Of a DNA stretch of 64,000 bases, positions 30,121-40,805 are shown one piece after another; position 1 is the first letter of the stretch; the number at the start of each line of letters is the position of its first letter. The DNA is from Terriglobia bacterium. Its GTDB lineage: Bacteria > Acidobacteriota > Terriglobia > 20CM-2-55-15. The notes beneath the pieces are model-generated. The model saw nothing but the letters and a program-made list of their open reading frames with translations. It was not told the origin of the DNA and ran no database searches. The stretch covers positions 256,001 to 320,000 of the forward strand of contig CAXWPJ010000002.1 in NCBI GenBank assembly GCA_963664115.2, in the 5' to 3' direction. The position numbers were made by a program, and so were the translations under genes.

Positions 30121-30564
30121 GTGAACATGACAAGGAGAATGAATCCAATGCCAGCAAGATTAGCCATTACCGTTGTGAGTGTTGGCGTACTTCTGATTCT
30201 GGCCGCAGTACCCGCGTCGGCACATCATGCATTCGCGGCCGAATTCGACGCCAATAACCCGGTCCATTTCACGGCCAAGGTCGTGCGGATGCAATGGACG
30301 AATCCCCACGCCTGGATCCACGTCGAAGTGACATTACCCGATGGCACATTGGAAAGATGGGCCGTTGAGGCAGGCACTCCGAACGTCTTGTACCGGCGGG
30401 GATTTACGAGAGACTCGCTTGTGGCGGGAACCGAGATCGTCGTCGATGGCTACCGGGCAAAGGATGGTTCACGCCGCGCAAACGGCAGGGACCTCACCCT
30501 TCCTGACGGCCGGACTCTTTTCCTGGGATCGTCGGGGACAGGCGCGCCGGTAGAGCGCCCGTAA
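30121..30564 (+). CDS. DUF6152-like small secreted protein (start may be 30139 or 30148)
   Basis: AHHAFAAEFD, WTNPHAW, EAGTPNVLYRRG. Confidence 0.9.
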   Translation: MNMTRRMNPMPARLAITVVSVGVLLILAAVPASAHHAFAAEFDANNPVHFTAKVVRMQWTNPHAWIHVEVTLPDGTLERWAVEAGTPNVLYRRGFTRDSLVAGTEIVVDGYRAKDGSRRANGRDLTLPDGRTLFLGSSGTGAPVERP

Positions 30565-30773
30565 CAGCCTGTAGCGGAAATCGATTGTGAGGGCTCGCAG
30601 CAAATGACTCTCGGCCCTCACTCCCCCTATCTCTTGCGATCACCTTGGAATGACTCCCCACAAAACCCGCACCGGTTCCCCGGTGCGGGTGGACGGCATT
30701 CAGAATTAAGAGGCGGTAGCCGAGGCGTCAGGTCAAGTAATTATCGGATGCAGGGCGCCCCCAGTGGCACGCA

Positions 30774-31247
30774 TCAGGAAAACCCGATCCAGCGCCCGCC
30801 CCATCCGACACCCGCCCACAATGCCAGTGAGACCAAGGCAGCGATCTTGCCCTCGAGTACGGGAGTCGACGTTGCCTCAAGCGCGGCTCGACGCCGCACG
30901 GTGAACGTGAACACGATCACCAGCAACAGCGAAGTCATCTTCACCCAGAAGGCAGTACTGTAGTAGCACTTGATCGCTTCTGACAGGAACAGCGGAATAC
31001 CCGAGGCCAACATCATCACGAGACTGCCCAGCATCCACGGTTGGGCATCTTTGGAAAGTTGCGCCACGGAACGGCCCTTGAGACCCAGGCCCAAGAGTCG
31101 CAAATCGACAAGCAGCACCGCTCCACCCATCACTCCGAGACCCACCAGATGGAAGGCTTCGATCACCGGAAACAGCCAGAGCGAATTGCGAATCGCCTCG
31201 CCGACGGCCAAGCCCTCGCACCATTCAAAAAACGGCAGCAACGACAT
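30774..31247 (-). CDS. DUF6644-like 4-TM membrane protein
   Basis: SLWLFPVIEAFHLVG, DLRLLG, GRWIGF. Confidence 0.85.
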   Translation of the reverse strand: MSLLPFFEWCEGLAVGEAIRNSLWLFPVIEAFHLVGLGVMGGAVLLVDLRLLGLGLKGRSVAQLSKDAQPWMLGSLVMMLASGIPLFLSEAIKCYYSTAFWVKMTSLLLVIVFTFTVRRRAALEATSTPVLEGKIAALVSLALWAGVGWGGRWIGFS

Positions 31248-31813
31248 CAGTACAACGACTCGACCGGCACGCAGCTGGTGAGAAAATTAACGATCGCCGC
31301 TTGCGGCTGTCTGTCGCAATCAAACCAGTTGTACGCAATCATTCTTCCCGAAAAGATAATTCCGAACCACAACACCAGGGAAAGGGCGCCGGCGGCTCTG
31401 GCCGCTTTCGGAGTCACCCCGTCAAGATTCCATTGCGCAATGCGCCGATAGACTCTGCTGTTAAAGACCCACACATTCAAACCGGCCAGCAACAGCAGAA
31501 TCACCTTGAAGCGAAAAAAAATATTCTGGTAAGTCCGCAGGGGTATCGCAGAAAACAGCAGTGCTCCGCTGACGACCATGATGACAAAGCCGGCGACCGT
31601 CCACGGCAACAGGCGCCGGTAAACTTCCTGTACCGGCACCTGCCGCATAATCCAACCAAGCAGGCGCAGGTCGAACATTACGGCAAAACCGACAAACAGA
31701 AACAGCGCCCAGACGTGAACCGATTCGACGAGAGGATAGGCGTATCGAGATTCATGAAGCCCGATGCTCCACGACGAATCTGCCAGACGTTCGAAAAAAG
31801 CGAGAAGAGACAT
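31247..31813 (-). CDS. DUF6644-like 4-TM membrane protein
   Basis: YPLVESVHVWA, DLRLLG, GRMIAY; paralog of the downstream gene. Confidence 0.85.
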   Translation of the reverse strand: MSLLAFFERLADSSWSIGLHESRYAYPLVESVHVWALFLFVGFAVMFDLRLLGWIMRQVPVQEVYRRLLPWTVAGFVIMVVSGALLFSAIPLRTYQNIFFRFKVILLLLAGLNVWVFNSRVYRRIAQWNLDGVTPKAARAAGALSLVLWFGIIFSGRMIAYNWFDCDRQPQAAIVNFLTSCVPVESLY

Positions 31814-31829
31814 TCAGGGGTTCGGCCGG

Positions 31830-32942
31830 TTACCCGCCTCCACCGGTGGCGTTGTCCTGGGTCGCCGGATCTGGGCCTCGCCCTTCCGCGAAAGCTTTCT
31901 CCGCGGCGCGAGTGTTCACGAGCATGCCGATCATGCCGTAGTTGCCCTCATGGCAGCCTCCCTCATAGACCTGATTCGCTTGATCGCTGTTTTTTACCAG
32001 TTCCTGGACAGCCGTGAACGGTGCTGTGAAGGTCGTCGGGTCCTCTATCGTGACCTGAAACGCCAGCGTATCGGCATCGATCCGCCTGTAGCGTTCGATC
32101 AAGTGCAAGTTCTCGCGCGATCCATGGAAATCCGTCTGTTGCTCAAAATTGGTAACGTCGACAACCAGGGTGTCGCCCTCCCACCGACCCCGGGCGTCGC
32201 CGTAGCGCTGCCTCATGTGTTGGGGAAGATGGGGACGGTCCGTAATGGGTATAATCCGGCTGAAACCCTGCCCCTGGCCCATATCGTAATTGATCCCGAC
32301 AGAGCCGGGAGACTGCACAATCCGCGCCACACCCCCAAAGGTCCCGGACTGGAGTAACACCGGCAGACTGAAGCCAAAACATCGTTCGGGCCCGCTTCGG
32401 TCTTCAGGACCATCGGTGCGATTGATTCTATCGAGATTGTAATCTGGAGAAGGTTCCGATCGCCTGGGTGAGATCGGTCCGGGTCTACCCCGGTAAGTGC
32501 CTTGCAGCAAGGCCTGGAGAAACTCTCGTTTCTCGGCAATTCTGATCTGGGCCTCGGATGTCAGCGGTGGAATTTTCCCGTCTGGCGGGTCGACAATCTG
32601 CGAAGTGCGCGTCCCCCTCGACATGGACGGGTCACCGAACCAGTGGTCGTTGTAGGCAAGGGCGACATCCCTTTCGGTCCCCGCGGCCTCGCGGCTGTCA
32701 CGACCCGGCAGTTGGGACCGCTCGACCAGTTGGGACTCGGCAGCAACGATTTCCTCTTCGGTCAGAAACTCTCTCGTGCCGAACTCTTCCGGCCGTTCCA
32801 GAGGCGTAACGAAGGGGTTGTTCCAAATCCCCTGCAGATCCGGATCGCCCCACGGTGTCCGGAGTGTTTGACCCGCAGCGGGCGCCGGTGACAGCGACAG
32901 GACAACGCATGCGCCGAATAACGCAAAACCAGTCATTTTCAT
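31830..32942 (-). CDS. Secreted beta-rich protein (DUF6152 partner family, long type)
   Basis: RTPWGDPDLQGIW, TSQIVDPPDG, GDARGRWEGDTLVVD, YEGGCHEGNY. Confidence 0.88.
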   Translation of the reverse strand: MKMTGFALFGACVVLSLSPAPAAGQTLRTPWGDPDLQGIWNNPFVTPLERPEEFGTREFLTEEEIVAAESQLVERSQLPGRDSREAAGTERDVALAYNDHWFGDPSMSRGTRTSQIVDPPDGKIPPLTSEAQIRIAEKREFLQALLQGTYRGRPGPISPRRSEPSPDYNLDRINRTDGPEDRSGPERCFGFSLPVLLQSGTFGGVARIVQSPGSVGINYDMGQGQGFSRIIPITDRPHLPQHMRQRYGDARGRWEGDTLVVDVTNFEQQTDFHGSRENLHLIERYRRIDADTLAFQVTIEDPTTFTAPFTAVQELVKNSDQANQVYEGGCHEGNYGMIGMLVNTRAAEKAFAEGRGPDPATQDNATGGGG

Positions 32943-33371
32943 CTCATGTCCCTCCATTACAGATGGCCATCATATCACCAACTTCGGGGAAGGTATTCCC
33001 ATCCGCAGAAGTGAATGGTGACCTACTGATATGCAGGAAACGAACTTGGAACAGCAGTCGCGGATTGATCCCATCATCCTCTTACTCTGACGCCTCGGTT
33101 TCACCTCTTTCATTCTGAATACCGTCCCCCCCGCACGGGGGGACCGTGCGGGGCTTGCTGTGCTCTTTGAGAGATGTTCCGTTTTGCACTTATAGGGCCC
33201 GCGATCATGATGATCGCGGGCGTCGCCGGTCGTTCGGACAGGATGTCCGATTGAACGACCGAGCGAAATCTTCCGTGGCAGGGATATTATGTACCTACAG
33301 GAAAGCCCCCACGTTCGTCCCCAATACTGAAACAAGTTGAAAACCACAGGCGCAGACCCGACAATCACCGG

Positions 33372-34985
33372 ATGCGCTCAACCGTTTGTTTGCTTTTCCT
33401 GACTGCGTCTGCCGCTTTCACAGCTGCGTGTGGTTCGCTACCCGCCGTCCAGTTGATCGAGCTCACGCAGAGGCCGAGCCAAACGGTACCGCTGGCCGCG
33501 TTGGTCACACTGCAAACCGACCAGCCGACGACGGTATCGATCGAACTCAGTGATGGCGTACACACCTGGAATGTGGGTCAGAACACCGAGTTGGCCTCAA
33601 GACATGAAGTTCCACTACTCGGGATGCGTCCGAACCGGACACACTCTGTGACCATTCAAGTCATCGATGCGGGAGGGCGTGTTGCCTCATCGCTGCCTTT
33701 CGAAATCACCACCCCGCCTCTGCCGGAAAACTTTCCGCCTCTGGAAACCCGGATCAGCGAGCCGGAACGGATGGAACCGGGATTCACGATGTTCGACACG
33801 ACCTATCGTGGCGCGGAAGGTCCCGACGATTACGGGCCCCTGATCATCGTCGATGAAGCGGGCGAGGTGGTCTGGTATTACTGGACCGATCACGACGTCG
33901 GCGATGCCCGCAGACTTCAGAATGGAAATATCCAGTATCTGTCCGATCGTGATGGCCGTCTTTATGAAATCGACATGCTGGGTAATGTCATCTCCCAATG
34001 GAGGACCAATCGGGCCGATGCTGACAAAGTCCTTCCGGACAGTGTTGCCATTGACACGGATACTTTTCACCATGAAGCCTTCGAGACCGCATCGGGCAAC
34101 ATCCTCGCTATCGGATCAGAGCTCCGGATGTTCGACGATTATCCAACGAGCGATACGGACCCGAACGCTCCGGCGTCCACTTCGGAAGTGGTCGGTGACA
34201 TTCTCGTGGAATTCGACCGTGACGGCCGCTTGCTCCGTGAGGTCAAACTGCTCGACCTCGTCGACCCCTACCGTATCGGATACAACTCACTGGCAGGTGC
34301 GTACTGGACACCGGTCTACGGTGAACCTGGAGCTATTCCCCGCCGTGACTGGGCGCATACCAATGCGGTGGTCATGGACGCGAGCGAGCGATATGCCATT
34401 GCGTCGCTGCGACACCAGGACGCGGTCGTCAAAATCGACATGGACACTGGAGAACTGGTCTGGATCCTTGGTGATCACAGCGGATGGGGCCCCCAATGGC
34501 AGGAGTATCTGTTGGAACCCGACCCCGACCTGCTCTGGCCCTATCACCAGCACGCACCGATGATCACGCCCATGGGAACGATACTGATGTTCGACAACGG
34601 CAATCAACGCGCGCGACCATTTGAAACCGGCATGGCCGCCAGTGAGTCCTTCAGCCGGGCGGTCGAGTACCGCGTGGATGAAGAGAGCATGGAGGTCACC
34701 GAGCTCTGGTCCTACCCAGGTCCGGGTGAGGAGCAGTACTATGCGAATTTCGTCGGTGACGCCGACTGGATGACCGATACCGGCAACATACTCATTGACT
34801 TCGGCGGTCTCGTCTCGGACAACGATGGCAACTTCGTTGTCGGCAGAGGGCACAATTGGTCACGCATCGTCGAAGTCACACACGAGACGCCCGCACGGAA
34901 GGTCTTCGAACTCCTGATCGATGCCGACCGACCCGACGGCTGGTTTGCATACCGCGCCGAACGTCTTCCGAGTCTCTATCCATAG
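33372..34985 (+). CDS. Aryl-sulfate sulfotransferase (ASST) family lipoprotein
   Basis: AA-C lipobox; FHHE, DWAHTNA, SLRHQD, YHQHA and FDNG motifs. Confidence 0.88.
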   Translation: MRSTVCLLFLTASAAFTAACGSLPAVQLIELTQRPSQTVPLAALVTLQTDQPTTVSIELSDGVHTWNVGQNTELASRHEVPLLGMRPNRTHSVTIQVIDAGGRVASSLPFEITTPPLPENFPPLETRISEPERMEPGFTMFDTTYRGAEGPDDYGPLIIVDEAGEVVWYYWTDHDVGDARRLQNGNIQYLSDRDGRLYEIDMLGNVISQWRTNRADADKVLPDSVAIDTDTFHHEAFETASGNILAIGSELRMFDDYPTSDTDPNAPASTSEVVGDILVEFDRDGRLLREVKLLDLVDPYRIGYNSLAGAYWTPVYGEPGAIPRRDWAHTNAVVMDASERYAIASLRHQDAVVKIDMDTGELVWILGDHSGWGPQWQEYLLEPDPDLLWPYHQHAPMITPMGTILMFDNGNQRARPFETGMAASESFSRAVEYRVDEESMEVTELWSYPGPGEEQYYANFVGDADWMTDTGNILIDFGGLVSDNDGNFVVGRGHNWSRIVEVTHETPARKVFELLIDADRPDGWFAYRAERLPSLYP

Positions 34986-35085
34986 ACGAATCTCGTGCTG
35001 CGCCTTGACCGTCGCGAACCCGGCTCAGGTGATCTGACGTGGTGTAGAATGTTCCCGGATCTCTTAATTTACTGGAGGAAAATCG

Positions 35086-35586
35086 ATGGCAATCAGCGCT
35101 TCTCTCTTACCTGAATTTGATCAAGAAATGGCGACATCGCGAATCGTTATTGAACGCGTTCCCGAAGACCAATACGGCTGGAAGCCTCATGAAAAGTCCA
35201 TGACGGCCGGCCGCCTTGCCTCGCATATTGCCGAGATGCCGGCATGGACCAGCGCCAGCATCGACCATGATGTTCTGGATATGGCAGCCGGCCATACACC
35301 ATTCGAGGGTAGTTCGACTGCAGAAGTTCTTGCGCGTTTTGACAAGGACGTCGCAGCGGCCCATGCGGCGATCGCCGGGTGCAGCGACGAGACGTTCATG
35401 AAGGAGTGGTCGCTGAAGAACGGCGACGATACGCTCATGACCATGCCCAAGATTGCGGTTGTCCGCACCTTCGTGATAAACCACATCATCCATCACCGGG
35501 GCCAGCTTTCGGTGTACCTGCGTTTACTCAACGAGTCGGTCCCATCGATCTACGGCCCTTCCGCAGACGAAGGCAGCATGGGCTAA
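35086..35586 (+). CDS. DinB family protein
   Basis: WKPHEKSM, LASHIA, NHIIHHRGQLSVYLR. Confidence 0.92.
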   Translation: MAISASLLPEFDQEMATSRIVIERVPEDQYGWKPHEKSMTAGRLASHIAEMPAWTSASIDHDVLDMAAGHTPFEGSSTAEVLARFDKDVAAAHAAIAGCSDETFMKEWSLKNGDDTLMTMPKIAVVRTFVINHIIHHRGQLSVYLRLLNESVPSIYGPSADEGSMG

Positions 35587-35771
35587 GCTGCAGTCTTACA
35601 TGCTCACAGAACAGGCCGCTCCTTTTGGCGAGGACGCTTTGATCCACAGTGCCAAGAGTAAGACGCGAGCGGCCTTTGTGACCTTCCCTCTCTACCAGTG
35701 TTCGCTAGAAGGTACACGAAATTAAGTACAGCTCAGTTGCTTTTTCAGGTGGGACTGGATGACAGGTAGCG

Positions 35772-36733
35772 TCAGCCTGACGATGCCTTACCGGGCTGTT
35801 CCCAAAATTCTGAGTGCCGGAGTCTATCCATATCGTCAGGATTGATTTCGTAGCAGTATTCAGACCCTGGGAAAGATCCCGCATGGACCTCGGAGACGTA
35901 TTCCTCGACGGCCATCTGTGTCAAGGTCAGCAGCCCATCCTTGCGCTCCTCTCTTCCCATCTGGCGGACATCAGCGTAATCGGAGATGTGGCTGAGGAAC
36001 TTGGATGCGACTTGGGGGATGTAGCACTTGGCGAACTTGGGGCGAAACGGTTGATAGAATCCCAGCACGTCATGAATGATCATGAGCTGGCCATCAACCT
36101 TGTTGCCAGCCCCGATTCCGAGGACCGGGATCTCAAGCGCCCGCGCCACTTGTCCAGCCGGTTCGATGGGCATCGCTTCAAGTAGAATCGCCACGGCACC
36201 GGCCCCCTGTAATGCGAACGCGTCTTCCATCGTGGCGTCGAAGCTCTCCAGGGTCTTTCCCTGGACTCGATAACCTCCGAAGGATGTCGCACTCTGTGGA
36301 GTGAGACCCAGGTGTCCGAAGACGAGGATGCCCGCGTCTGCGAGAGCCTTGACACGCGATTCAACGCGACGGCCACCTTCCAGTTTGACCCCGTCACAGC
36401 CGGCCTCCTTAACGAAGCGCAGCGCGTTGTGGACGGCCTCCGCGTCGCTGACCTCGTAAGAACCTTGCGGCATGTCACCGACGATGAAAGTATCTGGAGC
36501 CCCACGTCGCGCCGCCTTCGAGAGCATGATCATCTCATCCATCGTTACAGGATTCGTTGTTTCGTGGCCCAGTTGCACCATGCCACCCGAATCGCCGACG
36601 AGAATCATATCGACACCCGCCTGCTCGGATACGTAGGCGAGGGGAAGGTCGTAAGCCGTAATCCAGGCAACCGGCTCACCATTCCGCTTCATTTTTTCAA
36701 CTCAAAGAGATTCAGCTTGTTCCTGCGTTTCAT
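35772..36733 (-). CDS. panB: 3-methyl-2-oxobutanoate hydroxymethyltransferase; apparent frameshift in an A-run near 36692
   Basis: ITAYD, ILVGDS, GDMP, KLEGG, GHLGLTPQ, GIGAG; upstream MKRRNKLNLFELKK is one A short of being in frame. Confidence 0.9.
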
Positions 36734-37008
36734 GGGGAACTCATCCTCGACGGCATTCGAAGCCGCTTCGTGCCCTCGGCGCGAGTCAGACAGTCGAAAC
36801 GGACGGCTATCGCCTGCCGCGTTTCTTAGCTCTCTGCGGGTTCGACTCCGCAGCGCCTTTCGGTAGCGGTATATTCGGAATCAACTGCAGGGGCACAGAG
36901 TACCGGCGTTCCTGACGCTCGGAACAGCGTCCTGGACGATACCGGTCACCTCCGCTTTCATGCGGTACTTCAATTTTATATCAAAGCGGCCTTAAGGGAT
37001 TCAACCGT

Positions 37009-37033
37009 GTCCCAGAAAATCATCTTCGCTGAC
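37009..37033 (+). repeat. Possible degenerate palindrome core R13
   Basis: gtcccagaaa-atcatc-ttcgctgac. Confidence 0.4.
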
Positions 37034-37075
37034 AAGACCCATCGGCGCCACTGTCGATATCTCTGTTACAGGTCA

Positions 37076-38995
37076 CTAATACGCGATCGCGTAGCAGTCT
37101 CGGCGTGGATCCGCTGCTGCCAGTCGATTCTGGGTGAGCGGATCGATCATGACGGCCGTCGCGCAGCCCGACATTCCAAAGGTACGCAGCCGGTCCACGT
37201 CATGGCCGCGGGCTCGCAACTCGTCATAGACAACATCTGGAATCGGGGTCTCGACCCTCAGCCGGTTGAAGTCAGGCGAGTGCGGCCAGAACGAACCGTA
37301 CAAGTGCAGGGTTTGCACCCGCCCTCGCTCCAGAGCCGCATGTAGATTCGGATACCAATCGTCCCAAAACTCAACGATGCTGAGAAAGGCTTGCAGAATC
37401 GTCTGTTCCTGGTTGTCACCACCGGGCGTTCCCAGAGCCATCATCGGCACGTCACCGTCGAAAACGAGAGTCGGAGTCAAGGTGTACCGTGGCCGCGCGT
37501 GTGGGCGGATCTGGTTCGCCCGCGCAGGATCCAGCCAGAATTGCTCGCCGCGGACGCTCATGCCTATTCCGGTTTCTCCGAGGATAACGGCACCACCAAT
37601 CCAACCGCCACTGGGCGTCACGTCGAAGATGTTCCCGTCTTTGTCGATGATTGCAATGTGTGTCGTGTCCTTCATGACGCCGGTAGAGTCCTGACCGAGT
37701 GAAGCCAGCCTGTTGGCAGCAGAGACTTCCAGTGCGGCGTCGCCTGCGGTGGCATCTTCGATATCGGCTTTCCAGTAGTTCCACTGGTCAACGTTCGAAT
37801 CGTATGGCAGTGGGTCGCCGGCGACAAAAGACCTGGACGCGTGCAGCGGATCGATGAGTTTCGCCCGCTCGCTGGCGTATTCTTTCGACAGCAGCCCCTC
37901 GGAAGGCACCGCCACGAATGTGGGATCTGCATAATAGGTATCCCTGTCCGCGTAAGCCAACTTCATCGCCTCGACCACGGTGTGGATATAATCTGCACTC
38001 GCATGTCCCATCGCGTTCAGGTCGAAATTCTCAAGAATGTTGAGCATTTGAAGGAGAGCGGGGCCCTGACTGCCGAAACCATGCTTGTATATGGTGTAGC
38101 CGCGGTAGGTGGTTTTCGCGGGTTCCTCAATTCTCGCAAAGAACTCGGCAAAATCGGAGTAGGCAAACGGTGCTCCGTTGTTCTGAAGGAAGCTGACCAT
38201 CTCACGGGCAACATCGCCCTTGTAGAAGAGATCGCGCGCAGCCCCAATCCCGGCAGCGCGTCCACTGGAACTCGCCGCACGCTCGGCCTCAACCATTCGC
38301 TTGAGTGTTCTGGCGAGACTCGGGAGCTTGATTGTCTCGCCGGCCTTGTAGAGTGACCCATCGGGTTTGAACCAGTACTGTTGATTGTCCGGCCAGGCCT
38401 CGAAGAATTGCAGATTGTTCTCAATCGCCCGCGCGGTGCTCGGACGGAGCGGAAAACCGTGCTCGGCGTACTCAATCCCTTGTGCGGCGACCTCTTCGAA
38501 GCTCATCGTTCCCCAGCGCTCGAGCACCGTCAACGCAGCGTGGACAGCGCCCGGCACAACTGCAGGATCGAGTCCTTCACCCTGGAGCGTCTTGTTCCTG
38601 GATCGGTACCAATCGACGCTGACCTCGCCCGGCGCCCAACCCTGACCGACCACTGAGGTCACTCTCTGGTCATCCCTCGGGTAGACCAACACCAGCGCTT
38701 CGCCTCCGAGACTGTAAAGATCCTGTTCGAGTACCCCGCCTGCAATCAAGGCTGCGACTCCAGCGTCAAACGCGTTTCCGCCCTTCAGGAGGATGGCGAA
38801 GGCCGTAGCCGTCGTCAGCGGGTGACCCGTGGATATACCACCGGACGGACCCATCACAGCGGGTCGAAGCGCAGATCCCGCGGGCTGCTGATCCTGGACG
38901 GGCACCTGTCGCGCGTCGGCGACAATTCCCATCAACCCGATTGCTAAACCGGCAATCGTCAAGACCGCCACAAAAGCACTGAGTTCACGTATCAC
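37076..38995 (-). CDS. ggt: Gamma-glutamyltransferase family protein
   Basis: GGNAFDAGVA, KLAYADRD, catalytic DTTH, GTPGGD, AADPR. Confidence 0.9.
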   Translation of the reverse strand: MIRELSAFVAVLTIAGLAIGLMGIVADARQVPVQDQQPAGSALRPAVMGPSGGISTGHPLTTATAFAILLKGGNAFDAGVAALIAGGVLEQDLYSLGGEALVLVYPRDDQRVTSVVGQGWAPGEVSVDWYRSRNKTLQGEGLDPAVVPGAVHAALTVLERWGTMSFEEVAAQGIEYAEHGFPLRPSTARAIENNLQFFEAWPDNQQYWFKPDGSLYKAGETIKLPSLARTLKRMVEAERAASSSGRAAGIGAARDLFYKGDVAREMVSFLQNNGAPFAYSDFAEFFARIEEPAKTTYRGYTIYKHGFGSQGPALLQMLNILENFDLNAMGHASADYIHTVVEAMKLAYADRDTYYADPTFVAVPSEGLLSKEYASERAKLIDPLHASRSFVAGDPLPYDSNVDQWNYWKADIEDATAGDAALEVSAANRLASLGQDSTGVMKDTTHIAIIDKDGNIFDVTPSGGWIGGAVILGETGIGMSVRGEQFWLDPARANQIRPHARPRYTLTPTLVFDGDVPMMALGTPGGDNQEQTILQAFLSIVEFWDDWYPNLHAALERGRVQTLHLYGSFWPHSPDFNRLRVETPIPDVVYDELRARGHDVDRLRTFGMSGCATAVMIDPLTQNRLAAADPRRDCYAIAY

Positions 38996-39449
38996 CCGGC
39001 CCTCCTTTGCTGACGCACGCTAATATTCGTGTCTTTCAACGACAAGCGAAAATCGATGAGAAAATTTGGAAACAGTTCGCATTGGATGAATAAGATTGCC
39101 GGTGGAATTTGAGGTCACTCAAAGCGGCCCATGTCCAGCTTGCGGCGACACAGGCCTGGGGATTGTCGCGTGCCGATCTTCGAGAGGCTGGTCCGTCAGT
39201 GGTTCGGACGCATTCACACAACATCGAAGAAACGAATGCTTGGTCTCGAAAAGTCCAACTCCCGACAAGAGGGTTTGCCGACAGACGCTAATGGGCATAT
39301 TTCCGCGAGCGGTCCGTGTCCGGTAAAGTGACTATCGTTCTTCGAGAACCGCAAGAGGGGTGAGAATCGGAGCGTACACCACTCCCGGACTCCCGGGCTC
39401 ACTGCCTGTTCGCATCAAAATGTCTGCGTCAATGCGATCGTCAGCCCGG

Positions 39450-39842
39450 CTAGTCCCACTCCTTCTCGACTCCATGGCCGCGTGCCAGATCACCATGTAA
39501 GGGTGTCACATAGCCCAGAAGACAGCCATTGGAGCCGTCCCTGAGTCGATGACAGCGCACGCTGATCGTGTCGCCCGTTCTGACGTCTTGGCGCTGGATT
39601 TCGTTGCGTAAGAGCCCTTCGGGACCGGTGGCTTCCAGAGCCCACACTGCGCTCTGACCTGCGTCGTCCGTGATATCGAGGTAGATCCAGGAATGCGGGC
39701 GGACCAAATGCACTTCCCTGACCGTACCCTCATAAGTCGTCCACTGCGATACGTCGTAGTTGCCATGGGAATGGTGCGCTAATACCGGCATGGCTAGGAC
39801 GACTACACAAACGGCTGCAAGGCCCCATGATTTAAACTGCAT
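39450..39842 (-). CDS. DUF6152-like small secreted protein
   Basis: AHHSHGNYD, VRPHSWI. Confidence 0.85.
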   Translation of the reverse strand: MQFKSWGLAAVCVVVLAMPVLAHHSHGNYDVSQWTTYEGTVREVHLVRPHSWIYLDITDDAGQSAVWALEATGPEGLLRNEIQRQDVRTGDTISVRCHRLRDGSNGCLLGYVTPLHGDLARGHGVEKEWD

Positions 39843-39911
39843 CGTTACCTCCTTTTCATCAACAGAATCGGATTCAAATTTATCGCTCGCGTCATCTCGT
39901 TCTCACGACGG

Positions 39912-40553
39912 TCACCGGTCACGGGGAGGTGCTGGAAATCCGTTGGCGTAGGTCGTCGCATAGCGAATTCTTCTGCCCTCCTGATCGAGGAATCCCAGCG
40001 ATTGCTGGAACAGCATTGGCGGTGGTGCATCCGCGGGCACGGTGCCCTCCAGGATATAGAGACGGTCTTCGTGCATATTGACTGCAGCGAACGTGAGGGA
40101 TCCATCAGAGTTTTTGAGGTGAAGCGTACGTCCTGCAACGCGATCCGCTTGGTAGTACACAAAATGCGTCAGCTCAGCCTCCCTTTGAAGAAGATGCCAC
40201 GTCGCATCGTCCATCGCTGACCGCAAATCCGTGGCCGTGTGGTTGTTGCAACTGTCACCACCTCCAATGTCAGCCTGGCAGCTTACGACGAGCGCTGCGT
40301 GTCTCTCTGCGGCGTCCCCATAATTGACCACAGTGACCGAGTAGCGGCTGGGGCCATTCTGGTGGCTATAGACACGCGCCGGCAAGGTGATGAAATATGC
40401 CGTGTCATAGGTGCTGTCCTGCACCTCAGGTTCACCCGGAAAATTGATGGTGAAGAAATCCTGTTGACTGGCATACTCGATCCAGCCTTGCGCGAAGGAA
40501 GGGCACGAGCAAAACAAGATTAACGCTGCTGCGATCACTGGAATCAGGCGCAT
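39912..40553 (-). CDS. Secreted hypothetical protein
   Basis: GGAGG RBS; signal peptide AQGWIEY; FTINFPGEP; LFQQSL. Confidence 0.75.
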   Translation of the reverse strand: MRLIPVIAAALILFCSCPSFAQGWIEYASQQDFFTINFPGEPEVQDSTYDTAYFITLPARVYSHQNGPSRYSVTVVNYGDAAERHAALVVSCQADIGGGDSCNNHTATDLRSAMDDATWHLLQREAELTHFVYYQADRVAGRTLHLKNSDGSLTFAAVNMHEDRLYILEGTVPADAPPPMLFQQSLGFLDQEGRRIRYATTYANGFPAPPRDR

Positions 40554-40805
40554 AGTTGGTCCTCCCAAAATCCCCATCCCGTCGTAGTGCTCCTCGAGTA
40601 TCTTCAGCTGTGTAGATTTTCGAATATTACACCGGCGTGCCCGGCGCGGCGAGTTTTTTCTGACCATCCCGCACCCGGACACAAAGAAAATGGTATTGGC
40701 CGGGGGCAGAGCCCGGTGGATGCTGCCCGTCTCATGTGCAGCTTCTAAGTTCTCTGCAATCCGCTCTACGCCTTACTTCCCTTTGGCCTTCGAGAACTGC
40801 ACTAG

